Source: Limnohabitans sp. Rim8
GTDB lineage: Bacteria > Pseudomonadota > Gammaproteobacteria > Burkholderiales > Burkholderiaceae_C
Direction of reading: 5' to 3'
Length of the DNA: 41,237 nt
Assembly (NCBI GenBank): GCA_945875955.1
Contig: CAMCNQ010000001.1
Span: 1-41,237 of the forward strand
The notes beneath the pieces were generated by a model. The model was not told the origin of the DNA, made no database searches, and was given only the letters and a program-made list of their open reading frames with translations. The translations under genes and the position numbers were made by a program. This document shows positions 20,633 through 29,363 of this stretch, one piece after another (within the stretch, counting starts at the first letter, position 1; each line of letters starts with the position of its first letter).

Positions 20633-22714
20633 ATGCGCTTTGGTATTGCCCTGCAACTTTCACTCCTGCTGGCGGGGGCCGTGGTTGTCGCGGTGCTGGC
20701 CATCGGCGGCTTGAGTGCCTGGGGCTTGCGCAGCGGTTTTTCAGATTACCTGCGCCAGCGTGACGAGGCGCAGTTCACGCGTTTGGTGACACTCATTGAA
20801 GAGCGCGCCGCCGCAGACCCCAGCATGGCCTGGTTGCGCCATGACCGTCGGGCCATGCAAGACCTGATGGACCAGCTCCACGGCCGTGAACTGGCGCCGC
20901 CCGGCAACCAAGGCCCGCCAAGACCACGCCTGCGACCCCCTCCGCCAGAGCAGGGCGATGCCCGCCCGCGCCCGCCCATGCAGGGCGATCGGCGACCACC
21001 ACCGCGGCACGATGACCACGCGCAGGACGAGCGCCCGCCGCGCCCGCCAATTCCGCAGCAAGCGCAAAGCGAGGACCGCAGGCCACCACCGCGGCAAGAT
21101 GACCACGCCCAGGACGAGCGCCCGCCGCGCGCCCCGGGTCCGCAAAGCGAGGGCCGCAGGCCACCACCGCAGCACGATGACCATGCGGGCTATGAACGCC
21201 CGCCACGGCCGCCGCATCTGCAAGGCGAGGGCCGCAGGCCACCACCGCAGCACGATGACCACGCGGGCTACGAACGCCCGCCACGGCCCCCACACCTGCA
21301 AGGCGAGGGCCCGCCGTCGATGCAGGAGGCGGATTCGAGCAGCCGCCCCCGTCGCGACGCGCCACCGCGCTCAGAGCTTGCAGCCCCAAACAGGCCACCC
21401 GCGCCCGAGCGCGCCAGACCCAGCGACGGGCCGCAGGGCCAAGTGATGCCAGAGCGACCCCCTCGGCCGGGGTATGCACGCCCAGACCCCCCACCGCCTC
21501 GTCAGGGTCACCCACCCCCGCGCCCACCACCCGGTTCACCGGTTGAGCCCAACCCCGCAGGCACGCTTTTCGAACGGGTGGTCATCCGCGATGCACAAGG
21601 CCGCTGGCTGGCGGGCCGCATGCAGCCAGAAGGGGTTGCGCGCAGCGTGCGTGCGGTCAAGGTGGGCGGGGTTCAGGTCGCCACGGCGGAAATGTTGATC
21701 GAAGCGCACCCCAACGATCTGGACACCCGGTTTTTGCAGCAGCAATACACCGGCCTCTTGCTCGGGGCGCTGGCGACCATTGGGTTTGCACTGCTGGCCG
21801 CCTGGGGGGTGGCCAGGCGCTGGAGTCGCCCCCTGCAGGCCCTGCAGCGGGCCAGTCGCCAGATTGCCCAGGGCGAGCGCATGCCGGCGCTGCAACCGGC
21901 GGGCGCGCGTGAAATCGCCCAACTCACCGAGGACATGAATGCCATGGCCCAGTCGCTGACGCGCTTGGAGCAGGCACGCCGCTTGTGGATCGCCCAGATT
22001 TCGCACGAACTGCGCACCCCGCTGGCGGTGCTGCGTGGCGAGCTCGAGTCGATCGAAGACGGGGCGCGCGCGCCAACGCCAGCCGTGATCGCCAGTTTGC
22101 GCGACGAGGTGATGCAACTCACGCGCTTGGTGGGTGACTTGCACATGTTGTCCATGGCCGACATGGACGGTTTGCGCTGCGATTTTGAACCCGGCGATGC
22201 CCACGCCATGCTGCTCAAGACCCTGCAGCGCTTTGAAGAGCCCGCTCGCCAACGCGGCCTGCAACTGCAGTTGCCGGTTTCCGGTGGCGCGCCTTTGCAG
22301 GTGTGTTGGGACTTCAACCGCATCGACCAAATGCTGTCCAACTTGCTCAACAACAGCATGCGCTACACCGATGCCCCAGGCGTGGTCAGCGTGCACTGGG
22401 CCTTGGACAGTCCTGGTTCCTCGGCCTTGGGGGATGCAGGCAGTTTGAGTTTGATTGTCGAAGACAGCGCACCCGGTGTGGCGCCAGAGGACCTGAGCCA
22501 GCTCTTTGAGCCCCTTTTTCGCGCAGACAAAGCGCGCCAGCGCGGCAGCGACCATGGCAGCGGTTTGGGCCTGTCCATCGTGCGTGCCATTGTCAGCGCC
22601 CACCATGGCCAGGTCACGGCCGAACCATCGCCCCTGGGTGGACTGAGGCTGTGCGTGCAATTGCCGCTGCGGGCCGATGTGCCAAACAGTCCACACCGGG
22701 GCAGCGCCGCATGA
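20633..22714 (+). CDS. BaeS-like sensor histidine kinase with a long Pro/Arg-rich repeat insert in the periplasmic region
   Basis: Two TM segments, HAMP domain, H-box ISHELRTPL, N-box NLLNNSMRYT, G-boxes EDSAPGV and GSGLGLSI. Confidence 0.92.
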   Translation: MRFGIALQLSLLLAGAVVVAVLAIGGLSAWGLRSGFSDYLRQRDEAQFTRLVTLIEERAAADPSMAWLRHDRRAMQDLMDQLHGRELAPPGNQGPPRPRLRPPPPEQGDARPRPPMQGDRRPPPRHDDHAQDERPPRPPIPQQAQSEDRRPPPRQDDHAQDERPPRAPGPQSEGRRPPPQHDDHAGYERPPRPPHLQGEGRRPPPQHDDHAGYERPPRPPHLQGEGPPSMQEADSSSRPRRDAPPRSELAAPNRPPAPERARPSDGPQGQVMPERPPRPGYARPDPPPPRQGHPPPRPPPGSPVEPNPAGTLFERVVIRDAQGRWLAGRMQPEGVARSVRAVKVGGVQVATAEMLIEAHPNDLDTRFLQQQYTGLLLGALATIGFALLAAWGVARRWSRPLQALQRASRQIAQGERMPALQPAGAREIAQLTEDMNAMAQSLTRLEQARRLWIAQISHELRTPLAVLRGELESIEDGARAPTPAVIASLRDEVMQLTRLVGDLHMLSMADMDGLRCDFEPGDAHAMLLKTLQRFEEPARQRGLQLQLPVSGGAPLQVCWDFNRIDQMLSNLLNNSMRYTDAPGVVSVHWALDSPGSSALGDAGSLSLIVEDSAPGVAPEDLSQLFEPLFRADKARQRGSDHGSGLGLSIVRAIVSAHHGQVTAEPSPLGGLRLCVQLPLRADVPNSPHRGSAA
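20981..21310 (+). repeat. In-frame coding tandem repeat, four units of 78-84 bp plus a partial fifth
   Basis: Units start at 20981, 21065, 21143, 21221 and 21299. Peptide consensus is approximately Q(G/S)E(G/D)RRPPP(R/Q)HDDHA(QD/GY)ERPPRPP. Confidence 0.92.
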
Positions 22715-23445
22715 ACCTCAACCCCAGCCCCAAACCCATGTTGGATGCGGCACAGGCCCTGCCAACGCGGATTTTGGTGGTGGAAGACGACGCCAAGATC
22801 GCCGACATGCTGACCAACTACTTGCAGGCACAAGGCTTTGCCACCGACTGGTGCGCCGATGGCCTGCAGGCGCTGGCGCACTTGCAGGCCCCCGCAGGCG
22901 TGTCAGCGCCAGCGCTGGTTTTGTTGGACCTGATGCTGCCGGGTTTGGATGGCCTGGCCGTGTGCACGCAAGTGCGCCAGTTTTCAGCCGTGCCCATCAT
23001 CATGGTGACCGCCCGCGTTGACGAAATCGACCGCCTGCTGGGGCTGGAGACGGGCGCGGACGATTACATCTGCAAACCCTTCAGTCCCCGCGAGGTGGTC
23101 GCCCGCGTCAAGGCTTTGCTGCGGCGCAGCCAGGGCGCGCTGGCCAGCAGCGCCATGACCAGCCGCTGGGTGGTCAACGAAGGGGCGCAACAAATCGCCT
23201 GGCAGGGCCAAGCGCTGTCCTTGACGCCTGTCGAGTACCGTTTGCTGCGGCTGCTGCTGTCGCGCCCAGACCAGGTCTTTGGCCGGGTGCGCTTGCTAGA
23301 CCATTTGCACGAAGACTTTCGCGATGTGAGTGACCGCGCGATCGACAGCCATGTGAAAAACCTGCGCCGCAAGCTCAAACAAGCCGGTGCCAGCGACAGC
23401 ATAGGCTCGGTCTACGGGGTGGGCTACCGCTTCGACTCGGCCTGA
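22711..23445 (+). CDS. BaeR-like OmpR-family response regulator
   Basis: ATGA overlap with the kinase stop. VVEDD, LDLMLPG, TARVDEIDRLLGLETGADDYICKPFSPRE, DRAIDSHVKNLRRKL and SVYGVGYR. Confidence 0.93.
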   Translation: MNLNPSPKPMLDAAQALPTRILVVEDDAKIADMLTNYLQAQGFATDWCADGLQALAHLQAPAGVSAPALVLLDLMLPGLDGLAVCTQVRQFSAVPIIMVTARVDEIDRLLGLETGADDYICKPFSPREVVARVKALLRRSQGALASSAMTSRWVVNEGAQQIAWQGQALSLTPVEYRLLRLLLSRPDQVFGRVRLLDHLHEDFRDVSDRAIDSHVKNLRRKLKQAGASDSIGSVYGVGYRFDSA

Positions 23446-23572
23446 GCCACGGCACGTTCAGGTCCCAAGGCTCTGCCCCCAGTGGCGTTGCGGGGCTGCC
23501 ACCTGGGCCCTTGGGCGCAGCAGACAGAACGCTGTGCAGCAGCGGCCACTTGGCGTGCGCCACAATCGCGGC

Positions 23573-24592
23573 ATGACAGAACACACCGCGCGCCACCCTT
23601 ATGCAGAACTGACCCCCGATCGGGTGATGGACGCACTGCAGGACTTGGGGCTGTGGCCCGATGGCCGTTTGCTGGCGCTGAGCTCTTACGAAAACCGCGT
23701 TTACCGCGCCCACCTGGACGAGCCGGTGCAAGGCGCATCGGCGGTGGTGCTCAAGTTTTACCGGCCTGGCCGTTGGCAGCGTGCACAAATTCAGGAAGAA
23801 CACGACTTTGCAGCCGAACTGCTGGCCGCCGAAGTGCCGGTGGTGGCCCCCATGCGGCTGCATGGCCAGACCTTGCACCAAAGTGCGGGCTTTGATTTTT
23901 CAGTCAGCCCTTTGCGTGGCGGCCGTGGCCCCGAGCTGGACGATTTTGAAGTGCTCGAATGGATCGGCCGCTTTCTCGCCCGCATCCACACGGTGGGGGC
24001 GGCCAAGCCGTTTGCACACCGCCCGGCGCTTGATGTGCAGACTTTTGCGCTGGAGCCTGCCCAATGGCTGCAGACCCACCAGATGATTCCACTGGAGGTG
24101 GAGCGCGAATGGCGCGAGGCCCTGGTGCCCGCTCTGGCCCTGATCGAGGCCGCGTTTGCGCAAGGTGCAGCGCAGCGCCAAACCTTGCGCCTGCATGGCG
24201 ACTGCCACCCGGGCAATATCTTGTGGACACCGGCTGAGTTGCCCGGTGGGGGCCCGCATTTCGTCGATCTGGACGATGCCCGCATGGGCCCGGCGGTGCA
24301 AGACCTGTGGATGCTGCTCTCGGGCGACCGTTTGCAACGCACGCAGCAGTTGTCGGCCTTGCTTGACGGGTACGAGCAGGTGCGCGACTTTGACCGGGCC
24401 GAGTTGCACCTGATTGAGCCCCTGCGCACCTTGCGCCTGGTCCATTACAGCGCTTGGTTGGCCAGGCGCTGGGAAGACCCGATTTTCCCAATCAACTTTC
24501 CGTGGTTCGGCACGCCCGACTACTGGCGCGGCCAGGTGCTGATGTTGCAAGAGCAGGTCGAGCAAATGCAGGCGCAGCCCTTGGTGGTGTGA
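23573..24592 (+). CDS. srkA: Stress-response Ser/Thr protein kinase SrkA (RdoA/YihE)
   Basis: LSSYENRVY, KFYRPGRW, RLHGDCHPGNILW, VDLDD, GPAVQDLWMLL and WLARRWEDP. Confidence 0.94.
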   Translation: MTEHTARHPYAELTPDRVMDALQDLGLWPDGRLLALSSYENRVYRAHLDEPVQGASAVVLKFYRPGRWQRAQIQEEHDFAAELLAAEVPVVAPMRLHGQTLHQSAGFDFSVSPLRGGRGPELDDFEVLEWIGRFLARIHTVGAAKPFAHRPALDVQTFALEPAQWLQTHQMIPLEVEREWREALVPALALIEAAFAQGAAQRQTLRLHGDCHPGNILWTPAELPGGGPHFVDLDDARMGPAVQDLWMLLSGDRLQRTQQLSALLDGYEQVRDFDRAELHLIEPLRTLRLVHYSAWLARRWEDPIFPINFPWFGTPDYWRGQVLMLQEQVEQMQAQPLVV

Positions 24593-24594
24593 GT

Positions 24595-25578
24595 TCAGCG
24601 GCGTGCAGGCTGCACGCCCAGCGCCATGGCGCAGCCGATCAGCGCGGGTTGTTCGGCCCGGATCACGTATGTGGGAATGCGTTTCATGTAATTTTCGAAT
24701 CGCCCTTTGGCTTCAAACGCGGCCCGAAAACCCGACTGCGCAAAGTAGTCGCCCAGCCGCCCGATCACGCCGCCGCCGATGTAGATGCCGCCGCGTGCGC
24801 CCAAAGTCAGTGCCAGGTTGGCGGCGGTGTTGCCCAGCAAACTGCACATGCGTTCCAGCGCCTCCTCGCAGGCCACATCGTTGGCGGCCAGGGCACGTTC
24901 GGTCACTTGCGCGGCCACCAGTGCCTCGGCTTCGGTGCCGTTCAGCGCGCAAATGGCACGGTACAGGTTTTCCAGGCCCATGCCCGAGACGGCGCGTTCG
25001 GCCGACACGTGCGGGTAAGTGCGCCACAACATGCGCAAGATGTCGGCCTCGCGCTGGCAGGTGGGCGCCAGGCTCACATGCCCGCCTTCGCCGGCAATGG
25101 GCACCCAGTCGCCCCGGCGTGAACGCACCAGCGAAGACACACCCAAGCCGGTGCCCGGCCCGATCAGGCCTTTGGGTGCATCCAGCACCGGCTCTCCAGC
25201 GCCAATTTTTTCCAAATCGCTGCCGCCCAAGGCCGGTGCGGCCATCGCCATGGCCTCCCAGTCGTTGAGCATGAGCAAGGTGTCCAACTGCAGCGCTTGG
25301 CGTGTGGCGTCGATCGAAAACTGCCAACGGTTGTTGGTCATCTTCAGCACATCCCCGGCTATGGGGTTGGCAATGGCAATGCAGGCTTGCAGCACCGCAG
25401 GCCGGCCCACTTGCTGAAGGTAAGACGATGCGGCGGCGGCCAGGTCCGGGAACTGGCTGGTGGGCAAAGTGACTTCTTGCGTGATTGCAGAGCCGCCTGC
25501 GTGCACCAGTGCAAAGCGTGCATGGGTGCCGCCAATGTCGCCCAGCAAGCAAGGCGCGGTAACTTGAGGTGAATTCAT
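24595..25578 (-). CDS. glk: Glucokinase
   Basis: GDIGGTHARFAL, NDWEA, GPGTGLG, GEGGH, SAERAVSGMGL and FEAKGRF. Confidence 0.95.
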   Translation of the reverse strand: MNSPQVTAPCLLGDIGGTHARFALVHAGGSAITQEVTLPTSQFPDLAAAASSYLQQVGRPAVLQACIAIANPIAGDVLKMTNNRWQFSIDATRQALQLDTLLMLNDWEAMAMAAPALGGSDLEKIGAGEPVLDAPKGLIGPGTGLGVSSLVRSRRGDWVPIAGEGGHVSLAPTCQREADILRMLWRTYPHVSAERAVSGMGLENLYRAICALNGTEAEALVAAQVTERALAANDVACEEALERMCSLLGNTAANLALTLGARGGIYIGGGVIGRLGDYFAQSGFRAAFEAKGRFENYMKRIPTYVIRAEQPALIGCAMALGVQPARR

Positions 25579-25613
25579 AAGTATGTGGTGTTGTGCGAAG
25601 TGGGCGACTGGGT

Positions 25614-27134
25614 TCAATTTGCAGGAGCCTGAGACAAGGGCAAGCGGATCGACACGCACAGGCCGTGCGGCTGCACTGTGGTCAGCTGCACCTTGCCTTG
25701 GTGGCGCTCCACAATTTCCTTGACGATGGCCAGGCCCAAACCGCAACCTTGACCGACATCGGTGGCCCGCACAAAGCGCGCGAACACCCGCTCATGATCG
25801 CTCCTGTCCAGACCGGGCCCGGTGTCTGAGACTTGGAGCCAGGCCCTCGGGGGGACGCTTTGCGTGTCTAGCTGCACCCGCACCGTGACATGGCTGTTGG
25901 CCCCGGCGTATTGCAGGGCGTTGTCAATCAGGTTGCTCAGCGCCTCGCGCATCAGCAGTTCGTTGGCCTGGACCCAGATCGGGGGCTGAGGCACTGCATG
26001 GTCGTCAGAGCCCCGCTCCATGCCCAGGTCGATGCGCGCGCGCAGGGCGCGAGGCACCCACTCGGCGGTCACCATTTGCGCCATGCGTTGCAGTTCAAAG
26101 CGGTGGCGATCTTGGGCCATGACCGACTCTGGTTCGGCCCGCGCCAAGGTCAGCAACTGGGTAACCAAGTGGGCGCTGCGCGTGGCGCTGTCGTGCACGC
26201 GCTGCAGGCGCGCGCGCAACTCAGGGTCGGTGGTCGATTGCAGGGCAATTTCGGTTTGGCTTTTCAGGCCCGCCAAAGGCGTGCGCAACTGGTGTGCGGC
26301 GTCACCGATGAAGCGCTTTTGCGTGGCCACCGTGTTTTGCACCGCTGCCAGCAAGGTGTTGATGGCGGTGGCCAATGACCACAATTCACGCGGTGCAGAG
26401 GCCAGTTGCAAAGGGGCCAAGTCGGTGGGCGCGCGGCCTTCCACCTGCTGGCGCAGGCGATCCAGCGGCAACAGGCCCGCACGAATGCCCAGCCAGACAA
26501 TCAGCGTCATCAGCAGCACCAAACTGGACATGGGCAACAGCATGTCCACCAAAATGCGCCGCGCCAGTTCTTCGCGGTTGGCGCTGCTGCGCGCCATTTG
26601 GACCAGCAAGGTTTGGGGAGCGTTGGCTGCGTCGCCAAAGCGCAAGTAAAGCGCCACCAGACGCAGCGGCTGACCTGCAGGGGGGTGGGGTGCTGCGCGG
26701 TCATGGACGGGCATGGTGCCGTCGTAAAAATAAGGGGTGTTCATCGCGGGCACGACTGGCGCGTTGTTCTGGGTGGGCAAGCCCGGCGCGGGCAAAGACT
26801 GGTTGCCCAAAATGAATTGCCCCGGTGGCGAGCTGACCATGTAAAGCAGTTTGTCGGCCGGGTCGGCTTCGAGCACATCTTGCGCCGCACGCGGGAAGTC
26901 GATCAGCAAGCCATTGCCAATGGGCTTGAGCTGCCGCGCCAGCGACCGGCTCGCTTGCAGCAAGCTGGCGTCGACCGCCTGGTTGGCGTAACCGGCCGCA
27001 AATTTGTAGGCCGCCACGCCACCGGCCATCCACAACACCATTTGCGGCAACAGCACCCAAATCAACAGCTGTCGGGCGAGCGATACGCCGGCCTGACCCG
27101 GTGGTGTGGACGAAGGTGTGCCCTGGGTGTTCAT
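25614..27134 (-). CDS. TctE/QseC-type sensor histidine kinase
   Basis: N-terminal SLARQLLIWVLLP...DASLL (2CSK_N-like). H-box DAAHQLRTPL, NLIDNALQY, DTGPG and GCGLGLAIV. Confidence 0.9.
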   Translation of the reverse strand: MNTQGTPSSTPPGQAGVSLARQLLIWVLLPQMVLWMAGGVAAYKFAAGYANQAVDASLLQASRSLARQLKPIGNGLLIDFPRAAQDVLEADPADKLLYMVSSPPGQFILGNQSLPAPGLPTQNNAPVVPAMNTPYFYDGTMPVHDRAAPHPPAGQPLRLVALYLRFGDAANAPQTLLVQMARSSANREELARRILVDMLLPMSSLVLLMTLIVWLGIRAGLLPLDRLRQQVEGRAPTDLAPLQLASAPRELWSLATAINTLLAAVQNTVATQKRFIGDAAHQLRTPLAGLKSQTEIALQSTTDPELRARLQRVHDSATRSAHLVTQLLTLARAEPESVMAQDRHRFELQRMAQMVTAEWVPRALRARIDLGMERGSDDHAVPQPPIWVQANELLMREALSNLIDNALQYAGANSHVTVRVQLDTQSVPPRAWLQVSDTGPGLDRSDHERVFARFVRATDVGQGCGLGLAIVKEIVERHQGKVQLTTVQPHGLCVSIRLPLSQAPAN

Positions 27135-27148
27135 GTGCGGGCGTTCAT
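27131..27148 (-). other. 5-aa bridge mini-ORF (MNART) joining two ATGA overlaps
   Basis: Minus strand ATG AAC GCC CGC ACA TGA. Its ATG overlaps the regulator stop and its TGA overlaps the kinase ATG. Confidence 0.45.
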
Positions 27149-27816
27149 GCGGGGGCGGCTTGCATCAAGTAACCGAGTCCGCGCACCGTGCGAATGACCA
27201 GACCTGCATCTTCGAGTTTGCGGCGCAGGCGGTGGATGTAGACCTCGATCGAGTTGCCGCCACCGCTTTCGCCGCCATCCTCGCTCCAAGCCTGGTTGAT
27301 TTGCTCTTTGGTGACCACCTTGTCGCGCTGCTGCAGCAACAGTTCCAGCAGGGTCCATTCGCGGCCACTCACCTCCAGGGGCTCGCCGCCCACCGAGGCC
27401 CGGTGCGAGGTGGTGTCCAAAGACAAACGGCCCATCGTGGCGGCGGCACCGGTCGGTTGCGAACGCCTGAGCAGGGCTTGCAGTCGGGCCAGCAGTTCTG
27501 GAAAGTCAAAGGGCTTGGTGACGTAGTCGTCGGCCCCGGCCTGCAGGCCTGCGACCCGGTCGTCCAACGCGTCACGGGCGCTCAGCAAGAGCACCGGCAA
27601 GGCGGGTTGGGTCAGTCTCACTTGTTGCAACACGGCCAGGCCGTCCATCATGGGCAGCCCGATGTCGAGCACCGCGATGTCAAAGCCTTGTTTGTGCAGC
27701 AAATAGTCCGCCACCGCGCCATTGGGGGCGTGTTCCACCTCAAAACCGGCCCTGCCCAGTTGGGTGGTCAGGGCATCGGCCAGCATCGCATCGTCTTCGG
27801 CAAGCAGCAGTTTCAT
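27145..27816 (-). CDS. TctD-like OmpR-family response regulator
   Basis: MKLLLAEDD, LDIGLP, GADDYVTKPF, NSIEVYIHRLRRKL and RTVRGLGY. Confidence 0.92.
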   Translation of the reverse strand: MKLLLAEDDAMLADALTTQLGRAGFEVEHAPNGAVADYLLHKQGFDIAVLDIGLPMMDGLAVLQQVRLTQPALPVLLLSARDALDDRVAGLQAGADDYVTKPFDFPELLARLQALLRRSQPTGAAATMGRLSLDTTSHRASVGGEPLEVSGREWTLLELLLQQRDKVVTKEQINQAWSEDGGESGGGNSIEVYIHRLRRKLEDAGLVIRTVRGLGYLMQAAPA

Positions 27817-28001
27817 CACCGGAAGCTTAATGGATGGCAAGCCTTGTCCGGTGTCAGGAACTGAAAACCCCATCAGGGTTTAACCTAATGTTAATAAATT
27901 AATGAAATATTAATATTCGCCTGTCGAGGTCGTTCAAGGCCGATCCGCCCGTCCTCGCACATCAACACAAGGCCTTGTAAGGCCCGAACAGGGAGACTTT
28001 G

Positions 28002-29255
28002 ATGACAATTTTGAAAATGTTCCAGCGTTCCATCGTGGCCAGCGCCGCCGTGCTGGCCGTGGCCGCCCATGCCGGTGAGGTGGAAGTGCTGCACTACTGG
28101 ACCAGTGGCGGTGAGGCCAAATCGGCCGCAGCCCTGAAGGCCACGCTGCAAGCCAAGGGCCACACCTGGAAAGACTTTGCCGTGGCCGGTGGCGGGGGTG
28201 ACAACGCCATGACCGTGCTCAAGTCGCGCGTGGTTTCGGGCAACGCCCCTGCGGCCGCCCAAATCAAAGGCCCCGCTTTGCAAGAGTGGGCCGCTGAAGG
28301 CGTGTTGGCCAACATCGACGACGTGGCCAAGGCCGAGAAGTGGGACAGCTTGTTGCCCCCCGTGGTCGCCAACGTCATGAAGTACAAGGGCAACTACATC
28401 GCCGCGCCGGTGAATGTGCACCGCGTGAACTGGTTGTGGGCCAGCAACGCCGCGTTCAAAAAAGCCGGTGCCAAAGTGCCGACCAACTGGGACGAATTTT
28501 TTGTCGCCGCCGAAGCCTTGAAGAAGGCCGGCATCATTCCCGTCGCGCACGGCGGCCAGAACTGGCAAGACTTCACCACCTTTGAAAGCGTGGCGCTGGG
28601 CGTGGGCGGTGCGGACTTTTACAAGAAAGCCTTGGTGCAGTTGGACGGCGTGACATTGAACGGTGCGACCATGACCAAGGTGCTGGACACCTTCAAAAAG
28701 GTGAAAACTTATACCGACAAAAACGCGCCAGGCCGTGACTGGAACCTGGCCACCGCCATGGTCATCAAGGGCGAGGCGGGCATGCAGCTGATGGGCGACT
28801 GGGCCAAGGGCGAGTTTGTGGCCGCAGGCAAAAAGCCCGGCACTGACTTTGCGTGCGTGGCTGCACCTGGCACTGCCAAATCATTTACCTTCAACGTGGA
28901 CTCGTTTGCCCTGTTCAAGCTGAAGAACGAAGCCAACGTAAAGGCCCAAAAAGACCTGGCCTCGGCCATCATGTCCACCGACTTCCAAGAAGTGTTCAAC
29001 CTGAACAAGGGCTCCATTCCGGTGCGCCTGAACATGAACCTGGCCAAGTTTGACGACTGCGCCAAGTTGAGCGCCAACGATTTCGTGGCCACAGCCAAGA
29101 GCGGTGGTCTGGTGCCTTCGGTTGCCCATGGCATGGCGATTGGCTCGGCCACTTCGGGGGCCATCCAAGACGCCGTCAGCCAGTTCTGGAACGACGACAA
29201 GATGAGCAGCAAAGACGCACAAGCGAAGATCGCTTCGGCGGCCAAGATCAAGTGA
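28002..29255 (+). CDS. gtsA: Glucose/mannose ABC transporter substrate-binding protein (GtsA-like)
   Basis: Signal peptide, EVLHYWTSGGE, AVAGGGG, PVNVHRVNWLW, MGDWAKGE, FNLNKGSIP and SVAHGMA. Lies in a cluster with glk. Confidence 0.88.
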   Translation: MTILKMFQRSIVASAAVLAVAAHAGEVEVLHYWTSGGEAKSAAALKATLQAKGHTWKDFAVAGGGGDNAMTVLKSRVVSGNAPAAAQIKGPALQEWAAEGVLANIDDVAKAEKWDSLLPPVVANVMKYKGNYIAAPVNVHRVNWLWASNAAFKKAGAKVPTNWDEFFVAAEALKKAGIIPVAHGGQNWQDFTTFESVALGVGGADFYKKALVQLDGVTLNGATMTKVLDTFKKVKTYTDKNAPGRDWNLATAMVIKGEAGMQLMGDWAKGEFVAAGKKPGTDFACVAAPGTAKSFTFNVDSFALFKLKNEANVKAQKDLASAIMSTDFQEVFNLNKGSIPVRLNMNLAKFDDCAKLSANDFVATAKSGGLVPSVAHGMAIGSATSGAIQDAVSQFWNDDKMSSKDAQAKIASAAKIK

Positions 29256-29266
29256 GTCTCTGGGCA

Positions 29267-29291
29267 GGGTCGCCGCAGGCTGCGGCGGCCC
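29267..29291 (+). other. Stable intercistronic stem-loop after the binding-protein gene (mRNA stabiliser or partial terminator)
   Basis: GGGTCGCCGCA-GGC-TGCGGCGGCCC, an 11-bp stem with one G-U pair. Confidence 0.5.
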
Positions 29292-29363
29292 CATGTTTGT
29301 TTCGCCACGGGGCAGTGGGCCACAAGCTCGCAAACCGCGCTGGCCTCTTCTTGGGAATCACCC

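Noticed and set aside
20981-21310. Tandem repeats as a CRISPR array
   Set aside because: The units are contiguous, in-frame and coding, with no unique spacers and no cas genes.
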